Shown piece by piece: positions 24,060-35,334 of a stretch of 64,000 nt of DNA (position 1 is its first letter; every line of letters begins with the position of its first letter). The translations under genes were made by a program, and so were the position numbers. Below the pieces are notes generated by a model that was given only the letters and a program-made list of their open reading frames with translations, was not told the DNA's origin and made no database searches. Where the stretch lies: the NCBI RefSeq assembly GCF_006345805.1, contig NC_043006.1, forward strand, positions 14,446,001 to 14,510,000. Reading direction: 5' to 3'. Origin of the DNA: Octopus sinensis (lineage: Eukaryota).

Positions 24060-24135
24060 CGTTGTTAAAATAAGGAGTTTATCGGAGATTTAAGTAAGGC
24101 AGGACTTCGAAAGCCGAACGAAGTTATATGTAGGT
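24060..24135 (-). promoter_or_regulatory. Candidate core promoter and short 5' UTR
   Basis: TATA-like CATATAA at about 24124-24130, CpG-bearing unique sequence. Confidence 0.3.
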
Positions 24136-24149
24136 GGGTTCCAACACGC

Positions 24150-24510
24150 ACACGCACTTTCTCTCTCTCTCTCTTCTGTTCCTCTTTCGTTCTTTCTTTC
24201 CCCGCCTCTCACTCTTTCTTTCTCTCTCTCTCTACACACCCATTATGTCTCTGTGTATCCGCTCTTTCTGTTTGCCCTTTTCCCCTCTCTCTCTTTCACT
24301 TTCACCTTCTCTAGCTTCCTGTCTCTTTCTCTCTATCGTCCCTGGCTGCTTCTTATAACTTTCTTGTTCCTTCTCTCTCTCTCATTTCTTTTAGCTTCAC
24401 CTTCTTCCTCTCTCTTATTCCTTTTCTGCTGTCTCTGACACACCCCTGACGCTTCCTTTCTCTCTCTATCTATCTCTCTCTTTCTCTCTCACTCACACAC
24501 TCATTCTTTG
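24150..24510. repeat. Imperfect (CT)n / GAGA-rich tract
   Basis: Direct inspection. Confidence 0.85.
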
Positions 24511-24677
24511 TATGTATATGTAGAGGGAAAGGTGAAGCAAAAAGATGAAGTAGCAGATGGAACAGGCATATGGACGACATCAATGTAAAATAACGGGAAA
24601 GCATCAGATTGTGGTTTAAATAATTTATTTAAACGACACTTGCATTTAGTTGTATACACCTGACATTACCAACTTAC

Positions 24678-24824
24678 TTCGAGTTGACGAAGAAGAAAAT
24701 AACAGGGGAAATATTGTGTCGACATGATGGGGTAGAAATCGGGTATGTTTTGTATGCGTCGGTCATTCAGCGGTGTCCGTTTATGATCCATGTTCTGCGT
24801 TTGCTGCTGTTTTGGGTCGTTCAT
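24678..24824 (-). CDS. Candidate alternative first coding exon, 49 codons (MNDPKQQQTQNMDHKRTP...LLRQLE)
   Basis: First ATG after an in-frame TAA; ends GAA|GTAAGT in phase 0; no recognisable homology. Confidence 0.35.
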
Positions 24825-25714
24825 GCTGAGTATGTGGTTCCCTGTTGGCTGCTTAATTGGCAGAAGTTACTTGTTGGCTGTCTCGCCTGTGGCTGTCTGC
24901 CTCTGCCATATGTCTGACAGCTAGAAGGACAGACATACCACAAGAGTAATTTCTGCCTATGTAAGTCGCCTCCTGTCCACTTTTATTCATTAAATTTGCC
25001 ATGAAGGCAGTACATAGATGTAGCTTTGCGGGCTGGACGCCTCCTGTCCACTCGAACCTTAAATGACACAGCTCAGGTCGTAGGTCGAAGGGAAAAACCT
25101 TTCCATCATGTTTTGGCAGGACAAAAGAATTTCTTTCGCGGCTGTTTTGGCCAGTGGGTGGATCAGACAAGCGAGAATCCTCAGATTCGGTTTCAAATCT
25201 CAGCTCGGAAAAAGGAAATGTTAGCTTTTACATATGTATTACATCTTAATTCTTACGCACTGCCTACTCCCACAAAGAAATCTCAAAATGGAAATCTGAA
25301 ATTATTTCGTTCTTGTATCGAAAACCATTACATTTGTTGCACATAAAGTGAATAAATAAAAACGAAACATAGCCAAAATGAGGATGTACTTTTCATCATA
25401 ATTATTTCATTTAATAAAAACGAGTAGAAAAAGTTTAGCTCCTAAAGCAGTGAAATACTTAAACTAAATAATCTACTGTGTAATCGTACTCTTAACAGCG
25501 AAAGCTTATTCACTGAATGTAATGAGTGGGCGGTACAATAAAACTATTTGAAACTTTCTTGTCGGAATTTTAGAAATTGTTTGAAAGAAAGAGCAAAGGA
25601 GATTATGAAAGTACACAAAATACGTTGCAAATAATAATTCAAAATAATTTTTTAAGCTTGAAGAATAAAATAAAGTGAAAATCCCATTCATACTTCACCA
25701 TTAATATTTCTTTA

Positions 25715-25751
<37 letters not shown>

Positions 25752-25773
25752 GTTCATTATTATTATTATTATT

Positions 25774-26328
25774 GAGTGAGAGAGCAGTTCATGCCATCAA
25801 AGTGACACTGGGGTAAAATATACGAAGCCCAGTATACCCATCATGACTACCCGTCTGATAAAGGTACACCAGGCACATGCATCACAACCATATGTGCGCG
25901 ACATGGTGATCTCATATCAAGATAAACAGCACATGACCTTGCAGGTGGAGCCCAGTTAGAATTTTATTCAGATCGAGTAACCCATCCCGCTCAAAAGGTC
26001 CCTGAATAAGGGTTGTTTAAGGACGTTGAACGAAACACCCATGTTTCCAGAGGTGAATTATTCAAACCCCAAAGAATCCTTCTCAACACATGGCTATGAT
26101 GCTCCCCCACTACTTCTGCTCGTGATCAGAGAGGTACATATCGTCAGCCACTAAGGGACATGCTCAACTGGTTAAGGTCAAACAACTGACAAGCAAATCT
26201 GTGGTATTGAGCAGAATATTTGCTGTAGCCCATCTTTTATACCAAGACAAAACAATGTACATGATAACACTTCCAATCAGTTAAGATCAGAAGCCATGAG
26301 AGCCACTGCCTGGTACTGCATCAGGGCA
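25774..26328 (-). mobile_element. 555-bp non-autonomous element inserted in (TAA)n
   Basis: Same length, same ends and near-identical sequence as 38536-39090; both flanked by (TAT)n in the same orientation. Strand inferred from the Dong copy. Confidence 0.85.
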
Positions 26329-26400
<72 letters not shown>

Positions 26401-26447
26401 CATCATTATTATTATTATTATTATTATCATTATTATTATTATTATCA

Positions 26448-26520
<73 letters not shown>

Positions 26521-26651
26521 CATTATTATTATTATTATTATCATCATCATTATTATTATTATTATTATTATTATCATTATTATTATTATTATTATTATCA
26601 TTATTATTATTATTATCATCATCATCATTATTATTATTATTATTATTATTA

Positions 26652-26685
<34 letters not shown>

Positions 26686-26795
26686 CATTATTATTATTAT
26701 TATTATCATTATTATTATTATTATTATTATTATCATTATTATTATTATTATCATCATTATTATTATTATTATTATCATTATTATTATTATTATTA

Positions 26796-26826
<31 letters not shown>

Positions 26827-26882
26827 CATTATTATTATTATTATCATCATTATTATTATTATTATTATTATTATCATTATTA

Positions 26883-26916
<34 letters not shown>

Positions 26917-26969
26917 CATTATTATTATTATTATTATCATCATCATTATTATTATTATTATTATTATTA

Positions 26970-27012
<43 letters not shown>

Positions 27013-27170
27013 CATTATTATTATTATTATTATTATCATCATTATTATTATTATTATCATTATTATTATTATTATCATCATCATTATTATTATTATTATT
27101 ATCATTATTATTATTATTATTATCATCATTATTATTATTATTATTATTATCATTATTATTATTATTATCA

Positions 27171-27206
<36 letters not shown>

Positions 27207-27223
27207 CATTATTATTATTATCA

Positions 27224-27314
<91 letters not shown>

Positions 27315-27378
27315 CATTATTATTATTATTATCATTATTATTATTATTATTATCATCATTATTATTATTATTATTATT
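26329..27378. repeat. About 1050-bp (TAT)n microsatellite with CAT interruptions
   Basis: Direct inspection. Confidence 0.97.
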
Positions 27379-28963
27379 CTATGTTTGACTTTTGCTTTAT
27401 ATTTGTACAAGTTGGCTCCAAGTCTCACCCAGAGACCTCAAGAGACAACAGGGTTAGAAGTTCATGTTGTTGTTATGCCTAGTGTGCCATATATTTGGGG
27501 GTGGGGGTGTTGTACTAATGAATGTCTAAAAAAAAATTTTTTTTTTTTTTTTTTTAAACCGAAAATTATGTTTGTTTTAAACCTTGAGATTACATAGAAA
27601 GTATTTTGCGTAGGATATGAGCAGTTCCCATGAGCACTATCTTTTGAATTTCTGCCATTTTGGGGTTTCCTGGTATCTGAGTTAGGTAGCTATCTGCCCC
27701 TTTTGCTATCATTCCCAGGGCACCTATGACAACAGGTATTGTTTTAGTCTTCAGCTTCCACATTTTGCTGATTTCTATTTCAAGATCTTTATATTTGCTC
27801 AGTTTTTGGTAGGTCTTGACAGATACGTTTATATCGATTGGGACAGTCATATCAATGAGGAGGCATGTTCTTTGTTTGAAGTCTTTCAATATGATGTCTG
27901 GCCTATTTGCATCTATCTTTCTGTCAGTTTGAATGGCGAAGTTCCAGAGGAGTGAGATGTGGTCATTTTCAAGCACTGGGGGTGGTTTGTGTTCCCACCA
28001 GTTTTTTTCATGGGGCAAATCCAGGTTTTTACAGATTACCCAGTGAATATATTGTGCAGCTCTATCGTGCCTGTTGAGATACTCTGTAGGCGCTAGAAGA
28101 CTGCACTTGGAGACCACATGGTCAATGGTTTCATTTTGTTGCTTGCATACACGACACGTTGGACTGCTTCTGATCTTTAATATGTTGGCCTGGTAGTTTC
28201 TTGTTGGTAGGCATTGATCTTGAGCTGCTATGATAAACCCCTCTGTTTCAGATTTTAAGCCAGAGGCCATTAGCCATTGATGGGTCAGGGCTTTGTCAAC
28301 ATCTGCATTATTTGCTCTCTTTGGGTATTTGCCATAGAGAGGTTTTTCTTTCCATTTATCATTCAGAATATCTAAGGCCGCAGATTTAGCACGGGTTTTC
28401 ATGCGCTTAGCTTTTTCTGTGCCTGTTTCTTGTATGTCTATCTCTAATTCCGAAATTTGTTGTATTCGGAATTCACTTAGATATTCCTTTGCCTGTTTTG
28501 TTACTGAGTATGATGCTTTCTTGTTTTCATGTTTTGAGACAAGTTTTAACATCCAGTCCTCAGAGTTTTTCAGGTAGGTATCTAGGCCAATTGTAGCAAT
28601 CTTCATTGTTATTGCCAGTTGTAAAAGTCCACGGCCTCCCTCTTTTCTTGGCAGATAAAGTCGTTCTGTATCTGCCTTAGGGTGGTGCATTCTATGCATT
28701 GTCAACAGTTTTCGTATTTTTCTGTCAAGATTACATATTTCAGTAATTGACCAGTTAACGATACTGAAACTGTAAGTCACGACTGGTATGGCTAATGCAT
28801 TGATCGCTTCGATCCTGTTTCTCGCATTCAGCTCTGTCTTGAGTATTGCTCTTACTCTGCGATAGCATTCTCTCCTGATCCTTTCCTTCATCTCTGAATG
28901 CCTTATTCCTTCTCCTTCAATTACCCCTAGATACTTGTAGTTCTCTGCTGGGTCTAATTCTTT
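27379..28963 (-). mobile_element. 5'-truncated R4/Dong-clade non-LTR retrotransposon
   Basis: RT end motif YKYLG, CCHC knuckle, PD..D..K restriction-like endonuclease, ~210-bp 3' UTR, (AAT)n on both sides. Confidence 0.92.
27590..28963 (-). CDS. C-terminal 457 aa of an R4/Dong ORF (RT thumb, zinc knuckle, RLE endonuclease)
   Basis: ENYKYLG; CRVCKQQNETIDHVVSKC (28103-28156); RPDII..LIDMTVP..KLSKYKDL; no stops or frameshifts. Confidence 0.92.
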   Translation of the reverse strand, partial: KELDPAENYKYLGVIEGEGIRHSEMKERIRRECYRRVRAILKTELNARNRIEAINALAIPVVTYSFSIVNWSITEICNLDRKIRKLLTMHRMHHPKADTERLYLPRKEGGRGLLQLAITMKIATIGLDTYLKNSEDWMLKLVSKHENKKASYSVTKQAKEYLSEFRIQQISELEIDIQETGTEKAKRMKTRAKSAALDILNDKWKEKPLYGKYPKRANNADVDKALTHQWLMASGLKSETEGFIIAAQDQCLPTRNYQANILKIRSSPTCRVCKQQNETIDHVVSKCSLLAPTEYLNRHDRAAQYIHWVICKNLDLPHEKNWWEHKPPPVLENDHISLLWNFAIQTDRKIDANRPDIILKDFKQRTCLLIDMTVPIDINVSVKTYQKLSKYKDLEIEISKMWKLKTKTIPVVIGALGMIAKGADSYLTQIPGNPKMAEIQKIVLMGTAHILRKILSM

Positions 28964-28980
28964 TATTATTATTATTATTA

Positions 28981-29011
<31 letters not shown>

Positions 29012-29127
29012 CATTATTATTATTATTATCATCATCATTATTATTATTATTATTATTATTATCATTATTATTATTATTATTATCATCATTATTATTATTA
29101 TTATTATTATCATTATTATTATTATTA

Positions 29128-29176
<49 letters not shown>

Positions 29177-29261
29177 CATTATTATTATTATTATCATCAT
29201 TATTATTATTATTATTATTATCATTATTATTATTATTATCATTATTATTATTATTATTATT
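28964..29261. repeat. About 300-bp (TAT)n/(CAT) microsatellite
   Basis: Direct inspection. Confidence 0.97.
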
Positions 29262-29929
29262 TTGCAATCCTTCGTTTAACGTTCCTTCGTTTTAGCCCGC
29301 AGGAACGTCAAATGGATCAGCTGGTTGTTCGTTAATTTCCGTAAATTTTTTAATGTATTTACTTTTGTTTTCATGACGTGTGGAAGGCGACATTTGCTTT
29401 GAAGTGAGAGCAGAAAGTGAAAGAGAACAAAATGTGAAAGATGTATGTGCGTGTGTGTATCTGTGTGTGCGTGCATGCGCGAACGCGCTGAGTTCAGCTC
29501 TATGTATTTGTAGTCAGTCACACACGCACACAAACACACACGTACACCCATTATCTTTCATATACACGTACATTCATAAATACATATGCATGTATCTTTT
29601 TTGTATGTGTGTTCGTGTGTGTGAGAGAGAGAGTGTGTGTGTGTGTGTGTGAAGGTGTGTGTTCCCATGTATGTATTTTTTGCATGTATGTGTAAGAGAC
29701 TAGGGTTCGTTCTTACCTGCTTAATTTGCTTTTCAAAAGAAGGTTAGAAGTTTAAACTCTTCACCATCATAAATTTCCCAGAGCTAAATAAAACCGTCCA
29801 ACAATTTATCTGTACTTGCTTGATCTTGAGTGAAGAATTCACATACGCATACATACATACATACATACATACATACATACATACATACATACATACATAC
29901 ATACATACATACATACATACATACATACA

Positions 29930-30543
29930 TAGCAGCAGGCCGGCGAGCTGAGAATGGATGTGGGCCCAAGGTGGGATCACAAGGAAAACGAACTCGAACC
30001 TGCAAAGACAATGGCTCTGGTGAAATGGAAACCAAACCAGTCTGCAATTTCTATGTAAATGATACCTGCTGCCATGGTAACATTGGACAGGCTGCAGATT
30101 AAATCATCCCAAATCCTATGTGAGCGATACTCGTTCCACTTGTCCGAAGATCAGGAAGAACAACCTCCAACAACACAAACGTCAGGTCACGAGATACATG
30201 GAACTGCATGGATGGTGCACGCACAGTTCCCAAGAAGAAGCAAACCGTCGACGCAGTGCGGACAGTGGCTGCTGAACAACAGGTTTTTTTGGAAGTTGCA
30301 CAGAAGACTGAGAGACAGCTGACCTGGCTTCACCAGACATCAAGTGTGAGGAACACATACCAGTATTCGTGACCACCTCAAATAACAAAGGATCCAGGGT
30401 AGCCATCTCTGACACTTCTGCACATGTCAGACCAGTGTCCACTACCAACGCCCCACATGTTACACAGGTATTCTTGCTGAACATCAGGGGCCTTGTAACG
30501 TCCCAACAATGCAAAACAGTACCTCGATGACATGTAATCAAGC
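29930..30543 (+). pseudogene. Degraded 5' remnant of a CR1/L2-like LINE (ORF1 end, ORF2 start)
   Basis: KPVCNFYVNDTCCHG (CCCH-like) and QVFLLNIRGL (APE endonuclease start-like); many stops. Confidence 0.4.
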
Positions 30544-30557
30544 AATATGCGTGTCAC

Positions 30558-30977
30558 GTTTATATATTTGTTTTGCAAGATTCTTGATGTGAAATCGTGT
30601 GTTGAAACATATTGTATTTAGGAATGGTCATTTTGCCAGTTTAGCCAATAAAAACACACGCACTATATATTTGGTGTTACTTTGCTTCAGCGTCATTTAT
30701 TTTATACATTAATCTTAATCTTATTTCGGCCAGAGTTCTTTCATCACACTTCTGTGACCTCATCAGTGATCCTTTGCTTTCTTCTTTCTTTGTGTGTCTC
30801 TCCTTATTAACCGTCAGCCATGAGGTTACAGAAGTGTGACGAAAGAACTCTGGCCGAAATAAGATTAAAATTAATGTAAAAAATAAATAACGTTGAAGCA
30901 AATTAACACCGAATATATAGTGTGTGTGTTTTTATTGGCTAAACTGGCAAAATGACCATTCCTAAATACATCAACAA
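30558..30977. mobile_element. Penelope-like insertion with ~155-bp inverted arms and 14-bp TSD
   Basis: TSD AATATGCGTGTCAC at 30544-30557 and 30978-30991; arms about 30615-30763 and 30818-30969. Confidence 0.8.
30716..30772 (-). ncRNA. Hammerhead core with degenerate stems I and III
   Basis: CTGATGA-GGTCA..TGGCC-GAAA-TA-AGATT. Confidence 0.4.
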
Positions 30978-30991
30978 AATATGCGTGTCAC

Positions 30992-31470
30992 TAACCAGAG
31001 ACTATGCTAGTCTTATGCTAGTCAACTTGAAGTGGTTCAGCGATGTTACACAAGGAAGATTCCATCAATGGAACAACTGAGCTACTGGAAGAAACTGAAA
31101 GAACTACAGTTCTAATCTCAGGAACGAAGACGAGAGAGGTATGCAATTATATTTGAGTGGAAGATACTGAAGGGGCTGGCATCAAATTTTGGAATCGAAA
31201 GTTATACCAGACGTCTCTGCACTATTCCAAAGGCCCCAGCTGTCCACAGCTATTTAACGCCTTGTCAAAACATCTCAGAGCTCTCTATGGAGTTGGGGTA
31301 GCTGTTTTCAAGAAAAAACTTGACGTCTTGCTTTCCAAGAAACTTAAAAGAGGGCCGCTGTGTCAAACCCCCAAAAGCCAATCATATAAGCTTGGCCATT
31401 GAAAAGGTGATGACACTGGCGGTGTCCCAACATGGCTACAGCCTTAGGGCTGAAACATATAAAAGAATAC
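30992..31470 (+). pseudogene. Degraded 3' end of a CR1/L2-like LINE ORF2 plus 3' UTR
   Basis: LEVVQRCYTRKIPSMEQLSYWKKLKEL..ERRRERYAII..QLFNAL..FKKKLD. Confidence 0.8.
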
Positions 31471-31764
31471 ATACATACATACATACATACATACATACAT
31501 ACATACATACATACATACATACATACACGCATACATACATACATACATACATGCATGCATGCATACATAAATACATACATACATACATACAATTGTGTTT
31601 AAAAATACACACATGAGAACACACCTTCACTCACTCTCTCTATCTATCACACACATGCACACACGTGCAAAAAAGGTGTTTGCATATGTATACATGTAAA
31701 TGTATAAGAAAGATAATGGATGTACGTGTGTGATTGTGTGCTGAACACAGCACGTGCGTGCACG

Positions 31765-31809
<45 letters not shown>

Positions 31810-32046
31810 GGTCGCAGTGAAGAGAACGCTGAAAAGAAAAGAATATTGAACAGGAGTTATTGTTTATTACACTGTATAACATGTATTTTTTTCGTCTTTG
31901 GTCAGTAAGTGCCATTTCCTATTTGCTTCTATCTGGAAATAAAAGGAAATTACAACTATTCCCTTCAAACTTTGCTTTTGTGACCTGGACATCAATGTTT
32001 GAAACTGACCTATTTTCCATTACATTTCAGAAGAGTTATAGAATAT

Positions 32047-32350
32047 GTTTTTTCCTTCTCGAGCCATGTCTGGCTCATAAGAGCGGGTTTCCCGGTTTCC
32101 TTGGCGTATAGGTAGGTTCCCCACCTGGGCGGGACGCCAGTCCGTCGCAGGTGAACTGCAAGATGTAGGAGGAAAAAGTGAGAGAAAGTTGTGGTGAAAG
32201 AGTCAGCAGAAGTTCACCATTACCTTCTGCCGGAGCCGCGTGGAGCTTAGGTGCTTCGCTCATAAACACACACATCGCCCGGTGTGAGATTCGAACCCGC
32301 GATCCCTCGACCGCGAGTCCGCTGCTCAACCACTACGACATATGCCTCTA
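32047..32350 (-). mobile_element. SINE family C, third tail type
   Basis: Reverse complement of 40436-40741. Confidence 0.9.
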
Positions 32351-32384
32351 CCAGGACTGAGTTGCTGAAGCAGAACTATCATTA

Positions 32385-32540
32385 TAGCAAATATTCTGCT
32401 CAATACCAGATTTGCTTGACCTTAAACCAGTTGAGCATATCCCTTAGTGGCTGACGATGTGTGCATCTCTGATCATGATCAGGAGTAGTGGGGATGCACC
32501 ATAGCTATGTATTGAGAAGGGTTCTTTAGGGTTTGAATAA
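32385..32540 (+). mobile_element. Degraded internal fragment of the 555-bp element
   Basis: AGCAAATATTCTGCTCAATACC..CCCTTAGTGGCTGACGAT matches the minus strand of 26060-26230. Confidence 0.75.
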
Positions 32541-33499
32541 ATGGAACAAAAGTAAAGTTTGAAGGAAATATTAGCCATTTTTCATACTTTCTAGTAGTAA
32601 GCAAATAAGGAATAACATTAGCTATCCATGAACAAAAACCGTTACACAATGTTATTTGCCCATACCGCACCTAGAAATGTTTTGATTTATTTCTTATTAC
32701 AGCACACTTTGTGCTTTACGCTTATTAACGGCAACAGTAATCCGTAAATGTTGACATTAAGACACGTAGAAAACGGTCAACTTTTGCTTTTAAGTGAGCA
32801 AGTAAAGGCATTGCAGCAAACACTACATTTCTCCACTGCATCGTAGTTCAAGAAAAACTGAAAATGACCCTACAGTATTTTGTGACAAGGCTTATAATTA
32901 GGATTTACAAGAAGTAGGTAGCAACTTCTACGGCATATAAATAACATACCGTAAGAAACGGCTGTAAAATCTCCCACAAATCACAACTTGTGGTCTTGAA
33001 AATATGAAAGGACTCACTGAATGATGAGGTCTGTAATGGAAAATATTTTTAAGAGGCAACAAAGTTTCTCTCAGGGAAATTTCTCTCTGAAAACGTGAAT
33101 ACTTAAATGCTAGTCATTGATATATAGAGATATTTTCTGAGACACTTGAAAATTCCCAATCTGGATACGATATATCCTGCAAACCTCCTCTTATTTGCGT
33201 GGTCTTTAGATATACTGTGTCTGGTGAAGGGGCGGTTGCGGGTGGATGCGGGTGGAATGCTCCATCGTAATTCACTTGAGATTAAGCTACATAACAACAG
33301 TAGGGATTGGCGTTAAGGTTAAAGTTTAAGAGTAACTAATGTTTATTTGCTGTCTCCCAAACTTTCTATTTTATTGTTTTGGAGCACTGATGCTTTTTTC
33401 CCCTTTAAAGGGATGCATATTTAATGTCTACCCAAATGCCATATTTTTCAGTTAGGTTCAAACAGGATTTGAACTTACAAAGCAACGAGTTAGAATAAA

Positions 33500-33910
33500 G
33501 GATCTTTTCGGTTTGAACGGCAGTTTTTCAAAATAATTTCCACGTAACTAAACACTTTTAAACTTCGTATACTAGTAGAATGTGTTTATAAAACATCTTT
33601 TTCTCTTGGCTTTATTGAGAAAATTCTATGGTTTGTAAGATATTTGTTGTTGCTTTTCCTCAATTTCTGCAATTTCAACCAATCAATGACGTCCATTGAG
33701 GTAGAAAAAACATTCTGTGCTGTATGAATATGTCCCTTGTTTAAGAAACAGATTTACATTTGTGAAGAAAAAAAGATACCCTTCCCCCCACCCCTAACCC
33801 TAAAATAAATTGAAATGCAATAGATCGATACTAGGGTCATAATTATGGGTGACAATTTCATATGAGACCGCAAAAAAAAAAAAAAACTGCCGTTCAAACC
33901 AAAAGGATCC
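33500..33910. mobile_element. Second Merlin-like MITE, opposite orientation to 19742
   Basis: Same TIR; TSD AGAATAAA at 33492-33499 and 33911-33918. Confidence 0.85.
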
Positions 33911-34504
33911 AGAATAAATACTGCAAAGCATTTACATGACTCTGTCATAGTCCGGATCTTTTCTTAAAAAATCTGGCCGTCAGATTGAAAAGATTCCATA
34001 ATTCTACAAATCGATCGCCCTACTAGCGAACTAAAAGTAGGCATACCAAAAGTGTATTGGAATTAGGTCACAGACTAAAGGTGTCAAAGATCATCTCGAC
34101 ACGCGTTTGTGTCTATTATCTGTAGGTTAATCACCAGTACAACCATTGACTTATTAAGAAAATGACTAATCTGGTAGTTTTGAAACTATAAAATGTATTT
34201 AGTAGTATCGGAATAAGAAGGATGGTGATAAACGGTTGAAAAGTTGATTACAAGTGTGGGGCTATGAAGAAATGCATGAGCTGCCGCCCAGTTGAAAGAA
34301 CCCGTGGCCACTAATAACAGTATCAGAGAAAGAATTACAGACAGTAAAGATTAGAGTTAAGGTTAAAGTTTAATATTTTGTTGATTGTCTCCTAAGCATT
34401 ATATTTGTTGTTTTGGAGGAAGGATTGGAGTTAAGGTCAAAAATTAATGTTTATTTTGTTTGTTTACGGTCTCCTAATCTTCCTATTTTGGGCAGTCTTT
34501 GGTC

Positions 34505-34712
34505 CCGCCCGGGCGAAATGCTTAGCGGTATTTCGTCTGCCGTTACGTTGTGAGTTCAAATTCCGCCGAGGTCGACTTTGCCTTTCATCCTTTCGGGGTC
34601 GATTAATTAAGTACCAGTTACACACTGGATCGATGTAATCGACTTAATACCTATGTCTGTCCATGTTTGTCCCCTCTATGTTTAGCCTCTTGTGGGTAAT
34701 AAAGAAATAGAT
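34505..34712 (+). mobile_element. SINE family B, 5'-truncated
   Basis: Family-B body and tail. Confidence 0.85.
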
Positions 34713-35199
34713 ATATGTATGTTAACATCAAAGCAATAGCGTAACTAACGGGGGCGGTAGAGACGGCATTTTGGGGTCTGCTGTATAGAGGTTTAAAGTT
34801 TGATCCCTTTTCACCCAGTCAGGCGACAGCATTTTTAAGATGTTGATGACAAAATGTGCAGCCACGCACAAAATGATGGCTTCCAAATCCTGTTTCCTGA
34901 CTGAATGAAAATCATCAAACTTTAAACCTCCATAACTTTTTTAGAACATTTTTCTGAAAACAATGAAATAACTCCAGCAATTCAGTTCGGGCAAGTGTAT
35001 TATTGTACCAATGTTAGAGTAACCAGTGAACATCGAAGGATCAACATCAAGAAAGAAGAAATATTATTTACATATATTTATTCGTTTGCCTGACAGGTAG
35101 TTAGAGGACGGAGAAGTTGCTGTCTGCCAGTAGAGAGGGAAAGAGTAAGGAATGCACGGTGCTGACTTGGAAGGAAGAAAGGATAAAAGTGGCTCTACT

Positions 35200-35220
35200 G
35201 TGATTGGCTGTATGCAAATG
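35200..35220. promoter_or_regulatory. Adjacent CCAAT box and octamer motif
   Basis: TGATTGGCT (minus AGCCAATCA) at 35201-35209 and ATGCAAAT at 35212-35219 in unique sequence. Confidence 0.3.
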
Positions 35221-35334
35221 AGTTCATTACTGGCGTCCAGAATTCTTGAGAGAAAAAAATTTGCCCTCCGGGTGGTATACACTCTGCGTATGGTTGTGCT
35301 CTGTTTTCTTCCTTTGTAGTATTACTGGGCTTTT

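Noticed and set aside
26287-27597. Long ORFs of 295 and 433 aa (poly-Ile/Met, poly-Tyr/His)
   Set aside because: Stop-free reading of the (TAT)n array; not genes.
28964-29242. Ile/Met-rich N-terminus of the 550-aa ORF
   Set aside because: Microsatellite read in frame with the truncated Dong ORF.
35080-35150. Plus-strand 48-nt phase-0 exon candidate (VVRGRRSCCLPVERER)
   Set aside because: No partner exons or homology.
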